Shown: positions 1 through 14,249, numbered from the stretch's first letter. The stretch is 64,000 bases of DNA from Octopus vulgaris (GCA_951406725.2 OX597835.1:23436001-23500000), one strand, 5' to 3'. Notes: generated by a model not told the origin, from the sequence alone. Translations and numbers: made by a program.

Positions 1-770
1 ATGATGGGAGGGGATGTAGTGAGATAAGTGGGGGGGTGGAGAAGGTGATGGTAGTGATGGTTGTGGTGTCAATGGATGTCAGTGGTGGTGGTGGTGGTGG
101 TAACAATGTTTAGTAGTGGTAGCCAAAACAATGATAATGGTGGTGGCAACAATCATAGTAGTTGTAGTAATGATGGCAATGGCAGTGGTAGTGGGGGGGT
201 GAGTACCAATGGGTCCTTATCATAATAATGGTGATAGTAACAATGGTAGTAGTAGTAGTAGTCGTAGTGGTGGTGGTGGTAGTAGTAGTAGTAGTAGTGG
301 GGTTGGCATTGTGATGGTGGTGGTAATGGTGTGGAGGTGATGGTATTTGTTGTATTAGTGGATAATAGTGATATCATTGTGGTGGTAGTGGTGACAGTAG
401 TAGTAGTAGTAGTAGTGGTGGTGGTGGTGGTGGTTGTGGAGAAGGTAGTGGTGTAGGAGAGAAGTGTGGTGGTTGTCATGATACTGATGACGGTAACAAT
501 TGTAGCAATAGTGGTGGAGGTAGTAGTAGTAGTAGCAGCAGTGCTTTTTGTGGTGGTGGTGGTGGTGGTGGTGGTGGTGGTGGTGGTGGTGGTGGTAGAA
601 GCAGCAGTAGTAGTAGTAGTAGTGGTGATGGTGGTGGCGACAGTGGCAATGGTGATGACCATCAACAGAGAGAGAGAGAGAGAGAGAGTGAGGCAAGGGT
701 CGCAGAGGGAGAGTAGGGGTCCACAACAATGTGTTTGTGTGGTTGGGTGGGGGGTGAGCAGCAAGGCCTA
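1..770. repeat. Low-complexity (GGT)n/(AGT)n trinucleotide region
   Basis: Runs of gtg/gta triplets; the poly-T/H/V ORFs are artefacts. Confidence 0.9.
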
Positions 771-1078
771 ATTAGATAAAAGATACTTTACAAGGAGGAG
801 AGATAACAGGATGCAAGATGACAAACAAGAATAACTTGAGTTATTTGAATGTGTGGAAGGGACATGCCCCCTGGGTATATAAAGTAGACAAAAACCCTCC
901 TACTCACACTAAGGCTATCTTTTATCTTTCACTTGCTTCAGTCATTGGACTGCGGGCCATGCTGGAGCACCACCTTGAAGCATTTTAATCAGATGAATCA
1001 CCTCTTTTTCTCTTTTTACTTGTTTCAGTCATTTGACTGCGGCCATGCTGGAGCACCGCCTTTAATCGAGCAACTGTA

Positions 1079-1160
<82 letters not shown>

Positions 1161-1502
1161 TGTGTTTATGAATTTGTTTTGCAAGATTCCTGATGTGAAA
1201 TCGGTGTCTAAACAGTCAAGGAGGAAACACGTGGATAGAAGAGTTGCTGAAGAGGTCACAGGTGTGTGACGAAAGATTTCCAGACAATGGGTACAAGTTA
1301 AAATAAGAATAATAATAAACAAGTAAAGAAATAAATATATATTGAGTGTTTATTTGGCAAGAAATAAAAATGACTATCCCAAAATATATCAGGTCATTAA
1401 GAATGAAATGTCTAATTTTGGACTGTAAGTTTATTTTACTTATCCCAACAAAAAGCAATGCAACAAAAAGCAATGGTGTGGAGGTGATGGTATTTGTTGT
1501 AT

Positions 1503-1618
1503 AAGGCGGCGAGCTGGCAGAAACGTTAGCACGCCGGGCGAAATGCGTAGCCGTATTTCGTCTGTCGTTCCTTGTTTGTCCCCTCTGTCTTTAGCCCCTT
1601 GTGGGTAATAAAGAAATA
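1503..1618 (+). mobile_element. Internally deleted SINE (GGCGGCGAGCTGGCAGAA-head family) with 14-bp TSD
   Basis: Head ggcggcgagctggcagaaacgttagc, tail aataaagaaata, flanked by direct repeat ggtatttgttgtat. Confidence 0.85.
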
Positions 1619-2176
1619 GGTATTTGTTGTATTAGTGGATAATAGTGATATCATTGTGGTGGTAGTGGTGACAGTAGTAGTAGTGGTGGTGGTGGTGGTG
1701 GTGGTGATGGTTGTGGAGAAGGTAGTGGTGTAGGAGAGAAGTGTGAGTAATAATGGTGGTTGTCATGATACTGATGATGCACCAAAATTATCAACATAAT
1801 TTTGCCATTTTATCAGTAGCTTATTTATGTCAGCAGCGAAGAATTCTGGAGAGCAAAGTGATCTGGCAAAATTTCTACAGCTGGTTGGCATTAGGAAGGG
1901 CATCCAGCTGTAGAAACAGCCTTTTATGATTTCATCACCTCTTCATCATCATCATCATTACCATCGTCGTCGTTTAACATTCGCTTTCCAAGCTGGCATG
2001 GGTTGGATAGTTTGACTGAGGGCTGGCAAGCCTGAAGGCTGCACCAGGCTCCAATCTGATTTGGTTACTCCATACATGACAGGCTCTCACACAGTTTCTG
2101 TCTACCAAATTCCTTCATAAAGAATTGATGAGCCTAGGGTTATAGCAGAAGATACCTCTACTACCACTAATACCAC

Positions 2177-2213
<37 letters not shown>

Positions 2214-3479
2214 ACGCGCACATGCGTACGTATATATCATATAATATTAAAAAAAGGTAAAGACCCCCTTCAGTCATGAATGACCATGGGATTGCACCCA
2301 GAAAGTTACCCTCCCAGGCATAAGTCCAGATAAGATTGATCATGGAAGACCAGCAGTCACCCATGCATACCAGCCTCCCCTCTCCATGCCATCGATGTCA
2401 TCCAAGAGAAAAGCAATGGCCAATACACCTTGGCACCAATGATGTTGCAGCTCATTACCACAGATGAGTGAACTGGAGCAACATGAAATAAAATGTCTTG
2501 CTCAAGAATACAACAACACAGCTCGGTCCAGAAATTGAACTCACTACCTCATAATTGTGAGCCCAACACTAACCACTGATCTATGTGCCTTCACACCTAA
2601 GGTGCCACAGAGTGGTGCTGAACCCCAAACTATATAGTAGCAAAGCAAACTCCTTCATTAGATGAGGAGTTGAAACCACATGACATAAATAAGTCTCTGA
2701 AATGCATTAAACATTCTGTTTTAAGGACAAAGTTAGGGCTATCATTAGAGCTTAAGGGATCCCAGTTTATTTTACTGATCTTTAAGGGATCCCAGTTTAT
2801 TTTACAAATTAGTTGTTATCCCTTTTGTGACCATATTTTTGGCCTTTGTTTCAATTAATTTAAATTTTGGCACCAGGCCAGACATTTTAGGGGAGCAGTT
2901 AGCTTGATTACATCAATCCCACTGTTCAACTAGTTCTAATTTTATCGACCCCAAAGGAATAATTTGAACTTGGAAAGTATAAAGATTCTGCCAGCTCACC
3001 ACCAAACATTACCTTAATAATGACAAAATTATTTTACTAAATTCTTCATATTTTAAAAAAGAACTGAAATAAAGCCAGTGTCTTTTCACAGCATTAAAAT
3101 GTCTAAATTAAAACTTCCCATCAAAATTTCATGCTAATTTATGTTCCAAACACCGGCTTCTTAATAACAACAAAGTCATCTTAGAAATTCTTTGTTTTCA
3201 AGATTAATTGCAACAAAAGCAGTGTATTTCCACAGAAATATGGTAATGAAAGGGTTAACACTAAGAAACAATGACTCACTGCCTAGGAAAAGGTATTCAA
3301 AGTTAGTTTATATAGTTTCCAGTAGGTTTAATAAAGCAACAAATTTTTAACACACAAAGCTCAGCAGTTTTCTAAACAATTATTCTGGGGTGAACATTTG
3401 ATGTAGTAACGTTGCGTAAATAACACTGACTGTACACTTTGGAGTTGTGTTCAAACCATTCAATAATGAAATGGGCTTG

Positions 3480-5075
3480 GAGTTTATCATAAAACAACAT
3501 TCAGGGGAGATTTATTCCACGAAATGGAAACTACAGGTACCTTTATGAATGACAGAAATGTTTCTTGGACAAGATGAGTAAATGAAATTACCAATTGAGA
3601 ATATGTATGATGAAGGTGACAGAAACAAGAGTAAGATGAAAGGTAAAGAAAATGGTATTCAAAAAACAGTCATACCTTTTTGTGTGTGTCCTGTACACCT
3701 GTAGACACTAATATTGCTAAGTGTTGTTTGGAAGTGACAAAATTCTTCAGTTTAGTTCAACAGAGCCATAATTATTCCTCTGCATCACCTCAGCATTAGC
3801 AAATTCTAACTAGCTACTTACAAGATATTAAGCCAGTATATGAAACAAAACCAATTGGTTCAATGCTTTGGGACCACTGTGATTTTTATCTTAGCAATAA
3901 AAATGATTCTTTAACAGAAATAGATGAGGAGAGGAGCCTTGGAAATACAGATTTGGAACAACCGGTTCTTCTGATAGAATTTAAAATTCTAGTTTGTTGT
4001 ATCACTTGTTATATGGGACAATATATATTTTCTTAAGTAACTCTTGTAAGCAGGCCACTACAAAGTAATTTAAATTCAGTTACTTAACAATTACAAGTGA
4101 CTAAGTATAACCTTCTGCACAGCTGGTGTGCGATAAGGGTTTTCAACAAGTTTTGATAAATATTATTGAAATTGTATGGGAACAAAAGATAGTACAAAAC
4201 ATTGAGAAGAAATATGTTAAAATAGGAGAAACAAACAGCAGATTGAATGAGGCCCAAGATTTAAAGCAGAAATTCTAACCAGTAATGCTGTCTTAAACCC
4301 TTTAGCATTCAGATAACTTTACCAAATATAATGCTTATTTGTTTACATTCTTCTGAATTATTCCTGCATCATCTCATAACTGAGATTTCAATGATGTGAT
4401 TATTTTTAGAAGACAGTGTAGGACAAGAGTGAGAGGCTGGATATGGCCAGTTTGAATGTAAAACAGGTTGAGTATTTTGGCCAAATATGGCTAAAGAGGC
4501 AAACATGGCTTTAAATTCTGTTGAGAGATTCCAACACCTACAATGGTATTGTTTCTAATTTGGTTTCCTAAATGACTTACATATACAGCATTAAGAAAAA
4601 TATCTACTGTAAATATATCTGACCCCTTTCCTTAACTTATTTCTATAGAAATATACAGCCTTTGCTTCAATTATTTTCTAAAATAATGAAAACTTTTGTG
4701 CAATAACTTCGTCATTACTAATTAGCATGAAATTTTGATGGATGGTTTTAACTTAGATAACTTTAAAATAGAATGTTTATAAAATAGAACTAGAGTCAGT
4801 CTCTGGCATGTTAGCATCAAAAGGGTTAAGGGCTGTAAGAATTTGAAAAGACGTTGATAATAGAAACAAAGATACAGCAATCACTCAAAGGCTTCGTGTC
4901 ATGAGAAGTACTTCTCTTTATCCTATAAGAATAACTTCTACTTAATGTACTAAATATTTCTGTTGCTCTAAGGGTTCACCTCACATGACCAGTATCAAAC
5001 TTATGAAAACTTACATTCACTCAACTATGGTAAAAAAGAAATTAGTTGATTTGGCAATTATATCAATTAACCATT
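3480..5075 (+). pseudogene. Decayed hAT-superfamily (Tip100/ZMYM1-like) transposase, interrupted by MITEs
   Basis: Frameshifted motifs in hAT order: MKLPIENMYDEGDRNKSKMKGKENGIQK (cf. GQGYDNGANMKG...GVQ), SASPQH*QIL...IKPVYET (cf. SAS..RW..L...KPLSETRW), LVIWDNI...VS..LQS, and dimerisation domain SIKLMKTYIHSTMVKKKLVDLAIISIN. Confidence 0.7.
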
Positions 5076-5751
5076 TTGTTAACATTTCTGTTCCAAAACA
5101 CTGCCCTTGTTTCAATTCATCATCATCATTTAATGTCTGCCTTCTATGCTGGCATGGGTTGGACGGTTTGACAGGATCTGGCTAGCAGAAGACTGCACCA
5201 GGCTTCACTGTCTGTTTTGGCATGGTTTTTTTATGGCTTGATGCGCTTCCTAACACCAACTACTCCGTAGAATGGACAGACTGCTTTTTATATGGCACAA
5301 GCACAGGCGAGGTCAGTTTTGGCATGGTTTTTACAGCAGGATGCCCTCCCAAATGTCAACCACTATACAGTGTGGACTGGATGCTTCTTGCATGGCACCA
5401 ACACTAGCAGAGTCACCAAGCAACTTGCAAGACAAAGATCCTTTGAAAAGAGGGGGGTGCATTGGAGGAGAAAGACAAAGATCATTTGAGAGGAGAAGGG
5501 GAACTGGAGGAGGTGATCTTGTGTCAGATGATGAAAGGTTCAAGTGTGATGGAGAGACAGAGAGGCAGAAACAGGTGCCTTGCTGTAGAAGTGGTAAAAA
5601 AATGAAGAATTTAGTGAAATAACTTTGGAATAACATTAGGAATTCAGACAGAAAATTCTGTAATTGTCTATATAACATGTTAGTCTTTGTAACTCTTATT
5701 AGCAAATTAAACACGTGTAATGGAGAATAAATAATACAAAAAAATTCCCAT

Positions 5752-6170
5752 CGCAGGAGTGGCTGTGTGGTAAGTAGCTTGTTTACCAACTACATGGTTC
5801 CGGGTTCAGTCCCACTGCGTGGCACCTTGGGCAAGTGTCTTCTACTATAGCCTCGGGCCGACCAATGCCTTGTGAGTGGATTTGGTAGATGGAAACTGAA
5901 AGAAGCCCGTCGTATATATGTGTATATATATATATATATATATGCGTGTGTGTGTTTGTGTGTCTGTGTTTGTCCCCCTAGCATTGCTTGACAACCGATG
6001 CGGGTGTGTTCATGTCCCCGTTACTTAGCGGTTCGGCAAAAGAGACCGATAGAATAAGTACTGGGCTTACAAAAAAGAATAAGTCCCGGGGTCGAGTTGC
6101 TCGATTAAAGGCGGTGCTCCAGCATGGCCGCAGTCAGATGACTGAAACAAGTAAAAGAGTAAAAGAGTAA
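5752..6170 (+). mobile_element. tRNA-derived SINE family A (GGCGCAGGAGTGGCTGTGTGG head, internal microsatellite, (AAAGAGT)n tail)
   Basis: A/B-box-like head tggctgtgtggtaag...ggttcagtccc. Near-identical copies at 6428-6816(+), 9662-10028(+), 13862-14249(-), 23716-24088(-), 38077-38472(-), 40988-41395(+), 49865-50268(+), 50950-51314(-), 51990-52388(-), 55621-55930(+). Confidence 0.9.
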
Positions 6171-6351
6171 TCTTCCTGCTTTCTTTTACAACAACTCTTC
6201 AATTGCTTCCGTAATTCTCAATTAAATAATAAGTATTTTGATTACCAAACAACAATATCTATTGATAAATTTTAAGTGTAATAATGGGATGAGCAGATGT
6301 CCTTCAAGTGGAAACAGCTGCTTTTAAATTCTCTCTGAGTACGTCGTTTCT

Positions 6352-6394
<43 letters not shown>

Positions 6395-6427
6395 GATAGA
6401 TAAAACTTATATATATATATAAGTTTA

Positions 6428-6816
6428 GCGGCTGTGTGGTAAGTAGCTTGCTAACCAGCCACATGGTTCCAGGTTCAGTCCCACTGCGTGGCATCTTGGG
6501 CAAGTGTCTTCTGCTATAGCCCCGGACCGACCAATGCCTTGTGAGTGGATTTGGTAGACGGAAACTGAAAGAAGCCTGTGGTATATATGTATATATATAT
6601 GTGTGTGTGTGTGTATGTGTTTGTCCCCCTAGCATTGCTTAACAACCGATGCTGGTGTGTTTACGTCCCCGTCACTTAGCGGTTCGGCAAAAGAGACCGA
6701 TAGAATAAGTACTGGGCTTACAAAGAATAAGTCCCGGGGTCGATTTGCTCGACTAAGGGCGGTGCTCCAGCATGGCCGCAGTCAAATGACTGAAACAAGT
6801 AAAAGAGTAAAAGAGT
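6428..6816 (+). mobile_element. SINE family A copy
   Basis: Same body and tail as 5752-6170. Confidence 0.88.
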
Positions 6817-7557
6817 ATATATGAGAGGGGGATTTGAATAGACATGTGTATGTATATACATGTTTGTGTGTATATCTATGTTTATATACATATGCGTGTC
6901 TATGAATATACAACTATGGTGCTTTTTTGCTTTTTTTCACTGTCTGCTTGTCAAAGTGCTATATTATTACCAAACTGAAAGGAACATAATCAACAATCCA
7001 GGTTTGATACCAGGCTAAATATGAGTACAGACATAATCACATATACAGAGATATGAATAACATCACTTTTACGTGTCAATGGTATATGTTATTAGGTTAT
7101 AGACTGAGACAATTCATAGCAAGAGAGTGTAAGACAGAGGGAGGGAGACGGAGAGAAGGCGGGAGATGGACAATGATAGTAAATGAGAGGGAGAGAGAGA
7201 GAGAGACAATGATAGTAAATGACCAAGGGAGTGAGAGAGAGAAGGAAAGAATGATAGTAAAAGACAGAGAGAGAAAAAGGGAAAGATAGAAATAGTGAGG
7301 TAAGACAGTGCAGAATTAAGAGAAACGGTATAAGAAAAACTGAGACAGACAAACGGGAAAGAAAGAAAGTAAGAAAGGGCATACGGACGAAATGGATATA
7401 GAGATGGAGAAGGAAGAGAAATAAATCAGGAAATATGTGAGTCGGTGAGAATGGTAAAAGGAAACTGACAGGAAGTGAAGAAGTAACTGAAAGATGACAT
7501 AATGAAATGGAGGGGAAACGGTGCAGGAGTTGAAGAAAGAGCATGGCGAATAGATAA

Positions 7558-7559
<2 letters not shown>

Positions 7560-7602
<43 letters not shown>

Positions 7603-7890
7603 TATGCACATTTATATACATAGAAATATATACATACATACACATATACACACATATCTCTAAATATTAACGCATATATGCACACATTTACACACAAAAA
7701 CATGCACATATACAGTGACATGTGTGTGTGTATATATATATTTATATATATGTATGTATGTACATATATATACACATGTATATATATATATACACAAACA
7801 CAGATATGTATGTATATATATATATATATATACACACATGTATATCTATATATATATATGCACATATATATATACACAAACACAGATATG

Positions 7891-7923
<33 letters not shown>

Positions 7924-7970
7924 ATCTATATATATATATGCACATATATATATACACAAACACAGATATG

Positions 7971-8003
<33 letters not shown>

Positions 8004-8250
8004 ATCTATATATATATATGCACATATATATATATATATACATATATATATACATATTTATACACATATATACATATTTATACACATATATACATACATA
8101 TATACACACACACATATATATATACATATACACACACATATATATACACACATATATATACACACATATATATATATACACACATATATATATATACACA
8201 CATATATATATATACATATACATACATATATATATATACATATACATACA

Positions 8251-8282
<32 letters not shown>

Positions 8283-9460
8283 CATACATACATATACACA
8301 CATACATACATATACACACACACATACATACATATACACACACACATACATACATATATATATACATATACACACATACATACATATACACACATACATA
8401 CATATATATATGTATATATACACACATACATATATCACCCTCATCGGTTGATTATATATATACATATATGTATATATACACACATACATATATGTATATG
8501 TACACACACATACATATATGTATATATACACACATACATATATATACACATACATATATATATACACATACATATATATATACACATACATATATATATA
8601 TATATACACATACATATACACATACATATATATATATATACACACATACATATACACATACATATATATACACACATACATATACACATACATATATATA
8701 TATATACACACATACATATACACATACATATATATATATATACACATACATATACACATACATATATATATATATACACATACATATACACATACATATA
8801 TATATATACACATACATATACACATACATATATATATATATACACATACATATATATATATATACACATACATATATATATATATACACATACATATACA
8901 CATACATATATATATATATATATATACACATACATATACACATACATATATATATATACACATACATATATATATATACACATACATATATATATATACA
9001 CATACATATATATATATACACATACATATATATATATATATACACATACATATATATATATATATATACACATACATATATGCATACACATATGCATATA
9101 TATATATACATACATACATATACACATACACATATGCATATATATATATACATACATACATATACACACACATATATATATAACATACATACATATATAT
9201 ATATACACACATATATATATAACACATACATATATATATATACATACATATATATATATACACATACATATATATATATACACATACATATATATATATA
9301 CATACATATATATATATATATACACATACATATATGCATACACATATGCATATATATATACATACATACATATACACACACATATATATACATACACACA
9401 CACATAGATACATACACACACATATATATACATATACACACACATATATACATACACTTA
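7560..9460. repeat. ~1.9 kb compound (TA)/(CA)/(CATA) microsatellite with an ~80-bp higher-order unit repeated three times near 7790-8030
   Basis: Direct reading; repeated unit cacaaacacagatatgtatg...cacatgtatatctata. Source of the 500-650 aa YIHT ORF artefacts. Confidence 0.95.
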
Positions 9461-9622
9461 TATAAGTGCTTAACCATTGGAAGAAGGCAGTCTGGGTCAA
9501 ATGCTTCTTTTGGCTGTCCCCACACGTATACTCGGCCGGTGGTCAGAAATAAGGTAAAGGATGACTCGTCTGAGAGAATAGCATTCTTCCACTGCTCTAG
9601 GGACCAATTCTGTAGGTTTTTA
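9461..9622 (-). mobile_element. Tc1-family transposase fragment embedded in microsatellite
   Basis: [52 protein letters not shown] matches the Tc1 W...W..V.FSDES.F...VWR...P.C..PTVKH pattern. Confidence 0.85.
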
Positions 9623-10160
9623 CGCACACATATATATACAAATATATACATATTTGCACATAGGCGTAGGAGTGGCTGTGTAGTAAGATAGCTTGCTTAC
9701 GAACCACTTGGTTCCGGGTTCAGTCCCACTACGTGGCACCTTGGGCAAGTGTCTTCTACTATAGCCTCGGGCCAACCAAATTTGGCAGACGGAAACTGAA
9801 AAAAGCCCGTCGTGTATATGTATATATATGTTTGTGTGTCTATGTTTGTCCCCTCGACATCGCTTCACAACTGATGCTGGTGTGTTTACGTCCCCGTAAC
9901 TTAGTGGTTCGGCAAAAGAGCCCGATAGAATAATGTACTAGGCTTACAAATAAGTCCTAGAGTCGATTTGCTTGACTAAAGGTGGTGCTCCAGCATGGCC
10001 ACAGTCATATGAATGAAACAAGTAAAATAGTACACACACACATATATACATGTATGCACATATATATGCATATATATACATTTATATACACACACACATA
10101 TATATATACACATATTCACGTATATATACATGTAGATATATATATATATACACACACACA

Positions 10161-10328
10161 CCAGAGTAAGCACATAAATGTGAAACAAGGTGGAATAGTA
10201 CTCGAATACCGAAGGTAGAGTAATAAGGCTGCGAAGACATCACAAAAACTGTTACTCAGAGTTACTATTGATCTTTGCAGCTTTATTAATAAATTATATA
10301 TGTATGTGTATATGTGTGTGGGTGTATG

Positions 10329-10371
<43 letters not shown>

Positions 10372-10504
10372 GTTTCTATGAGTATATATATGTGTATTTA
10401 TCTGTGTATATATGTGTTTATATATGTATATATATATATATATATATATAACACACATATATACACAGATAAATACACATATATATACTCATAGAAACAC
10501 ATAC

Positions 10505-10543
<39 letters not shown>

Positions 10544-10710
10544 CATACACACACACACATATACACATACATATATAATTTATTAATAAAGCTGCAAAGA
10601 TCAATAGTAACTCTGAGTAACAGTTTTTGTGATGGCTTCGCAGCCTTATTACTCTACCTTCGGTATTCGAGTACTATTCCACCTTGTTTCACATTTATGT
10701 GCTTACTCTG

Positions 10711-10711
<1 letters not shown>
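10161..10711. repeat. Long near-perfect inverted repeat (palindrome centred ~10436)
   Basis: 10161-10298 is the reverse complement of 10573-10711 (one mismatch seen); the intervening microsatellite is also roughly symmetric. Confidence 0.92.
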
Positions 10712-10766
<55 letters not shown>

Positions 10767-12111
10767 GTACGATGATATCAGAATGTAATGTCAAATAAAT
10801 TGGTGGGCTTTTGCACATGCATGATAATAAGGTGAATATGATGTATCTGTAGAAAATTTCACTGAAAACAAAGCATGTAATCTCCTAAACGTTATGAGGA
10901 AACAAAGTCAGCGGTGGTGGAAGCACATTTGTTTGGGTATGCTTACTTATATATAGAAGGAAGAAGAGGTTATCATAAATTTCGTTATTTCATTGATGTG
11001 ACAAAGAACAAAACGAAGTTTGCAAAACACTATGGAGACAACGTAATAACAAGTGTCATCAAAGGATAATTTTTTTAGACTCGAAATAATACATTAAATC
11101 ATAAACAAATAACAGCAAACGCATTTCTTATTATCCAAGAGAAGAAACAATAAAGAGAAAAACATTACGAACCTCAATAAGGATGTACATAGATTGAGTA
11201 CATTGAATATAACATTTAATTTAATTTCTTTTCTTGTTATTATAAGGTTGTGTATGGATTCGCCTCTGTCCTCTCTCACTCTTTCTCTCTTCTGATAATT
11301 ACTACAATTAAGCACTTTGGGATTGTTGATGCCCGGAGTGTGGACACTTAGTTACATAGATTGTAGCCTAATAAATTATACGATTAATTTCATTTAAGTC
11401 TTTGCATTAATTTCTACTAAAAACCGCGTAAGATAGAAGCAAGAAAGGATGCTTTTGATTATCTTAGTTTGCTTTTCGTGGCTGTGTATTTATATCTCTT
11501 TTAATTACCTTTTTTTTCTAATTTATGGTACAAATACGATGAAAATATTATGTTAGGTATTATAACAAGAATCACACTCGAAAGACCACAACAGATAAAT
11601 AATGATGAATAAAAGACATCTTTTTAAATTAACAATAACATGAATAAATATATTCTGCTTCAGTTCATTTCAATTATTTTTCATAAGATAGAGGAGAGAG
11701 AGAGAGAAAGAGAAAAGGAAGACTGAAATTAGAAAGCGTGAAAAACGCATTAAAATTACACACACACATATACATATATATATATATAGACAGACACTCA
11801 CACACACATACATGCAAGCATAAACACATACATTTCAAAAGTAAATAGACACCCTTCGTAATACCGTTTTATCCGTGCGGACACTATTCCTTGGTACGAT
11901 GCCCGAACGGGTTTAGATCATTAAAATCTGCACAAGGCGGGTCTACTAAATACTAGATTTACGTATTTAGATGCATCAAACGACATCCTTTGGTTTCTAG
12001 AAATAAATCTTTCGAAAACGATGTCTATTTAATTCCGAGATGTCTGCGCGCTCGCCTGTACATATACACACATTATATATATATATAGGCGATATATATA
12101 AATGTGTAGGC

Positions 12112-12172
<61 letters not shown>

Positions 12173-12661
12173 AGCCTGCAATGCTCAAGTATACAAAGAA
12201 GAAAGAAGCGACTGTCTTCTTGGATGTCTGATTATATTTCTTCTATACTTCTATCTTTCGCAGTCTTTCAGGCCCTGGGTTTTTTTTTTAATTCTCATAC
12301 GCACCTGCTTCTTTCTTATCTTCCGTATAAACATCAGTAAATTAGGGTCTCGTAGTACATTCGGACTGCAACGACGAAGCAATTAAAACATCTCGTCTGA
12401 GGAAGAACACGAACCAGTGAAAGAGAGAGACAGACAGATAAGAAGTGTCAGAGACACGAGACATCTGTTCCAACGTTTACATCACACGCTGACCGGTTGC
12501 TTTTCTCAGAGGTTAGAACTGTGCCGTAAACCGATTATCTTAGTCGCTCGACTTACTACGAATAATCCACTAACATAGAAATTCTTGCTTTCTTTTTTCA
12601 TCACACTATTTATAATATTGATTACTATTAATATAAGTATATAATATAATATATATGTGTG

Positions 12662-12713
<52 letters not shown>

Positions 12714-12853
12714 CGAACACATAATTTTACATGCATATTTAATTATATATACATACATATATTTATGTATATAAATTATATACATATATATACGTTTACG
12801 TATTTGGCAAAAGATGACCCTCCCCATGTATAATAACATATATATATATAATT

Positions 12854-13077
12854 ATCATCATCATCATCATCATCATCGTTTAGCGTCCATTTTCCATGCT
12901 AGCATGGGTTGGACGGTTCTACTGGGGTCTGTGAAGCCAGAAGGCTTCATCAGGCCCAGTCAAATCTGGCAGTGTTTCTACGGCTGGATGCCCTTCCTAA
13001 CGCCAACCACTCCGTGAGTGTAGTGGGTGCTTTTTACGTGCCACCCGCACATATATATATATTATATATATATATAA

Positions 13078-13140
<63 letters not shown>

Positions 13141-13142
13141 AG

Positions 13143-13175
<33 letters not shown>

Positions 13176-13236
13176 GTATATATATATATGTATGTGTATA
13201 TATATATATGTATGTGTATATATATATATGTATGTG

Positions 13237-13268
<32 letters not shown>

Positions 13269-13520
13269 TTGTCGTCATCATCATCGCGTTTAACGTCTGT
13301 TTTCCATGCTGGCATGGGTTGGACGGTTTGACTGAGGTCTGGAAAGCCAGCGGCTGCACCAGATTCCAATCCGATCTGGCAAGGTTTCTACAGCTGGATG
13401 CCCTTCCTAATGCCAACCAATCCGAGATTGTAGTGGGTGCTTTTTATGTGCCACTGGCACAGGAGCCAGTCAGGTGTACCTGGCATCAACCACGTTCGGA
13501 TGGTGCTTTTTACGCACCAT
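12854..13520 (-). mobile_element. Two copies of SINE family C ((GAT)n tail, GGCGTTAGGAAGGGCATCCAGC core) separated by microsatellite
   Basis: catcatcatcgtttaacgtc...ctggatgcccttcctaacgccaaccac. Many other copies: 17350-17806, 21830-22097, 27736-27978, 28450-28832, 32560-33080, 35108-35292, 36645-36832, 54212-54505. Confidence 0.8.
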
Positions 13521-13861
13521 AAGAACGTTGCCGATGCCAGGTCCGCATCTGACTGTCCTTAATAATTTCTAATTAAGGTACAAGCCCAGCAGTTTATTTT
13601 TGGTGATGGTGGTGATGGTCATGGTGGGGAAGTGAACAGGTGATTATGTTAAAACCCAGTACTTTATTTTATTGACTCTAAAATGATGAAAGGTAAAAAT
13701 GACTATGGAGGAATGTGAAATCAGAATGTGAAGGGCCAGAATAAATACTGCTTTTCTCTCCTTTTCACTGGCTGTGTATAAAATTAAATTATAAAGAAAA
13801 GTTGTGTGTGTATATATGTGTATATATATATATATACAGATATATATGTGTGTGTGTGTGT

Positions 13862-14249
13862 ATACTCTTTACTCTTTTACTTGTTTCAGTCATTTGACTG
13901 CGGCCATGCTGGAGCACCGCCTTTAGTCGAGCAAATCGACCCCGGGACTTATTCTTTGTAAGCCCAGTACTTATTCTATCGGTCTCATTTTGCCAAACCG
14001 CTAAGTGACGGGGACGTAAACACACCAGCATCGGTTGTCAAGCAATGCTAGGGGGGACAAACACAGACACACAAACACACACACATATATATACATATAT
14101 ACGATGGGCTTCTTTCAGTTTCCGTCTACCAAATCCACTCACAAGGCATTGGTCGGCCCGGGGCTATAGCAGAAGACACTTGCCCAAGATGCCACGCAGT
14201 GGGACTGAACCCGGAACCAAGCTACTTACCACACAGCCACTCCTGCGCC
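13862..14249 (-). mobile_element. SINE family A copy
   Basis: Reverse complement of the 5752-6170 consensus. Confidence 0.88.

Noticed and set aside
153-771. Thr-rich mucin-like and poly-His/poly-Val ORFs
   Set aside because: Trinucleotide low-complexity DNA open on both strands; no splice or homology support.
1180-1262. Possible small exon (KIPDVKSVSKQSRRKHVDRRVAEEVT)
   Set aside because: Weak splice sites, no recognisable homology and no partner exons.
5790-6635. Recurrent short ORFs such as ...[22 protein letters not shown]... found many times in the window
   Set aside because: Translations of SINE family A copies, not a gene family.
7092-9691. Long ORFs of 250-658 aa rich in Y/I/H/T/C/V/M
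   Set aside because: Translations of (TA)/(CA) microsatellite, which lacks stop codons in several frames; only the terminal Tc1 fragment is meaningful.
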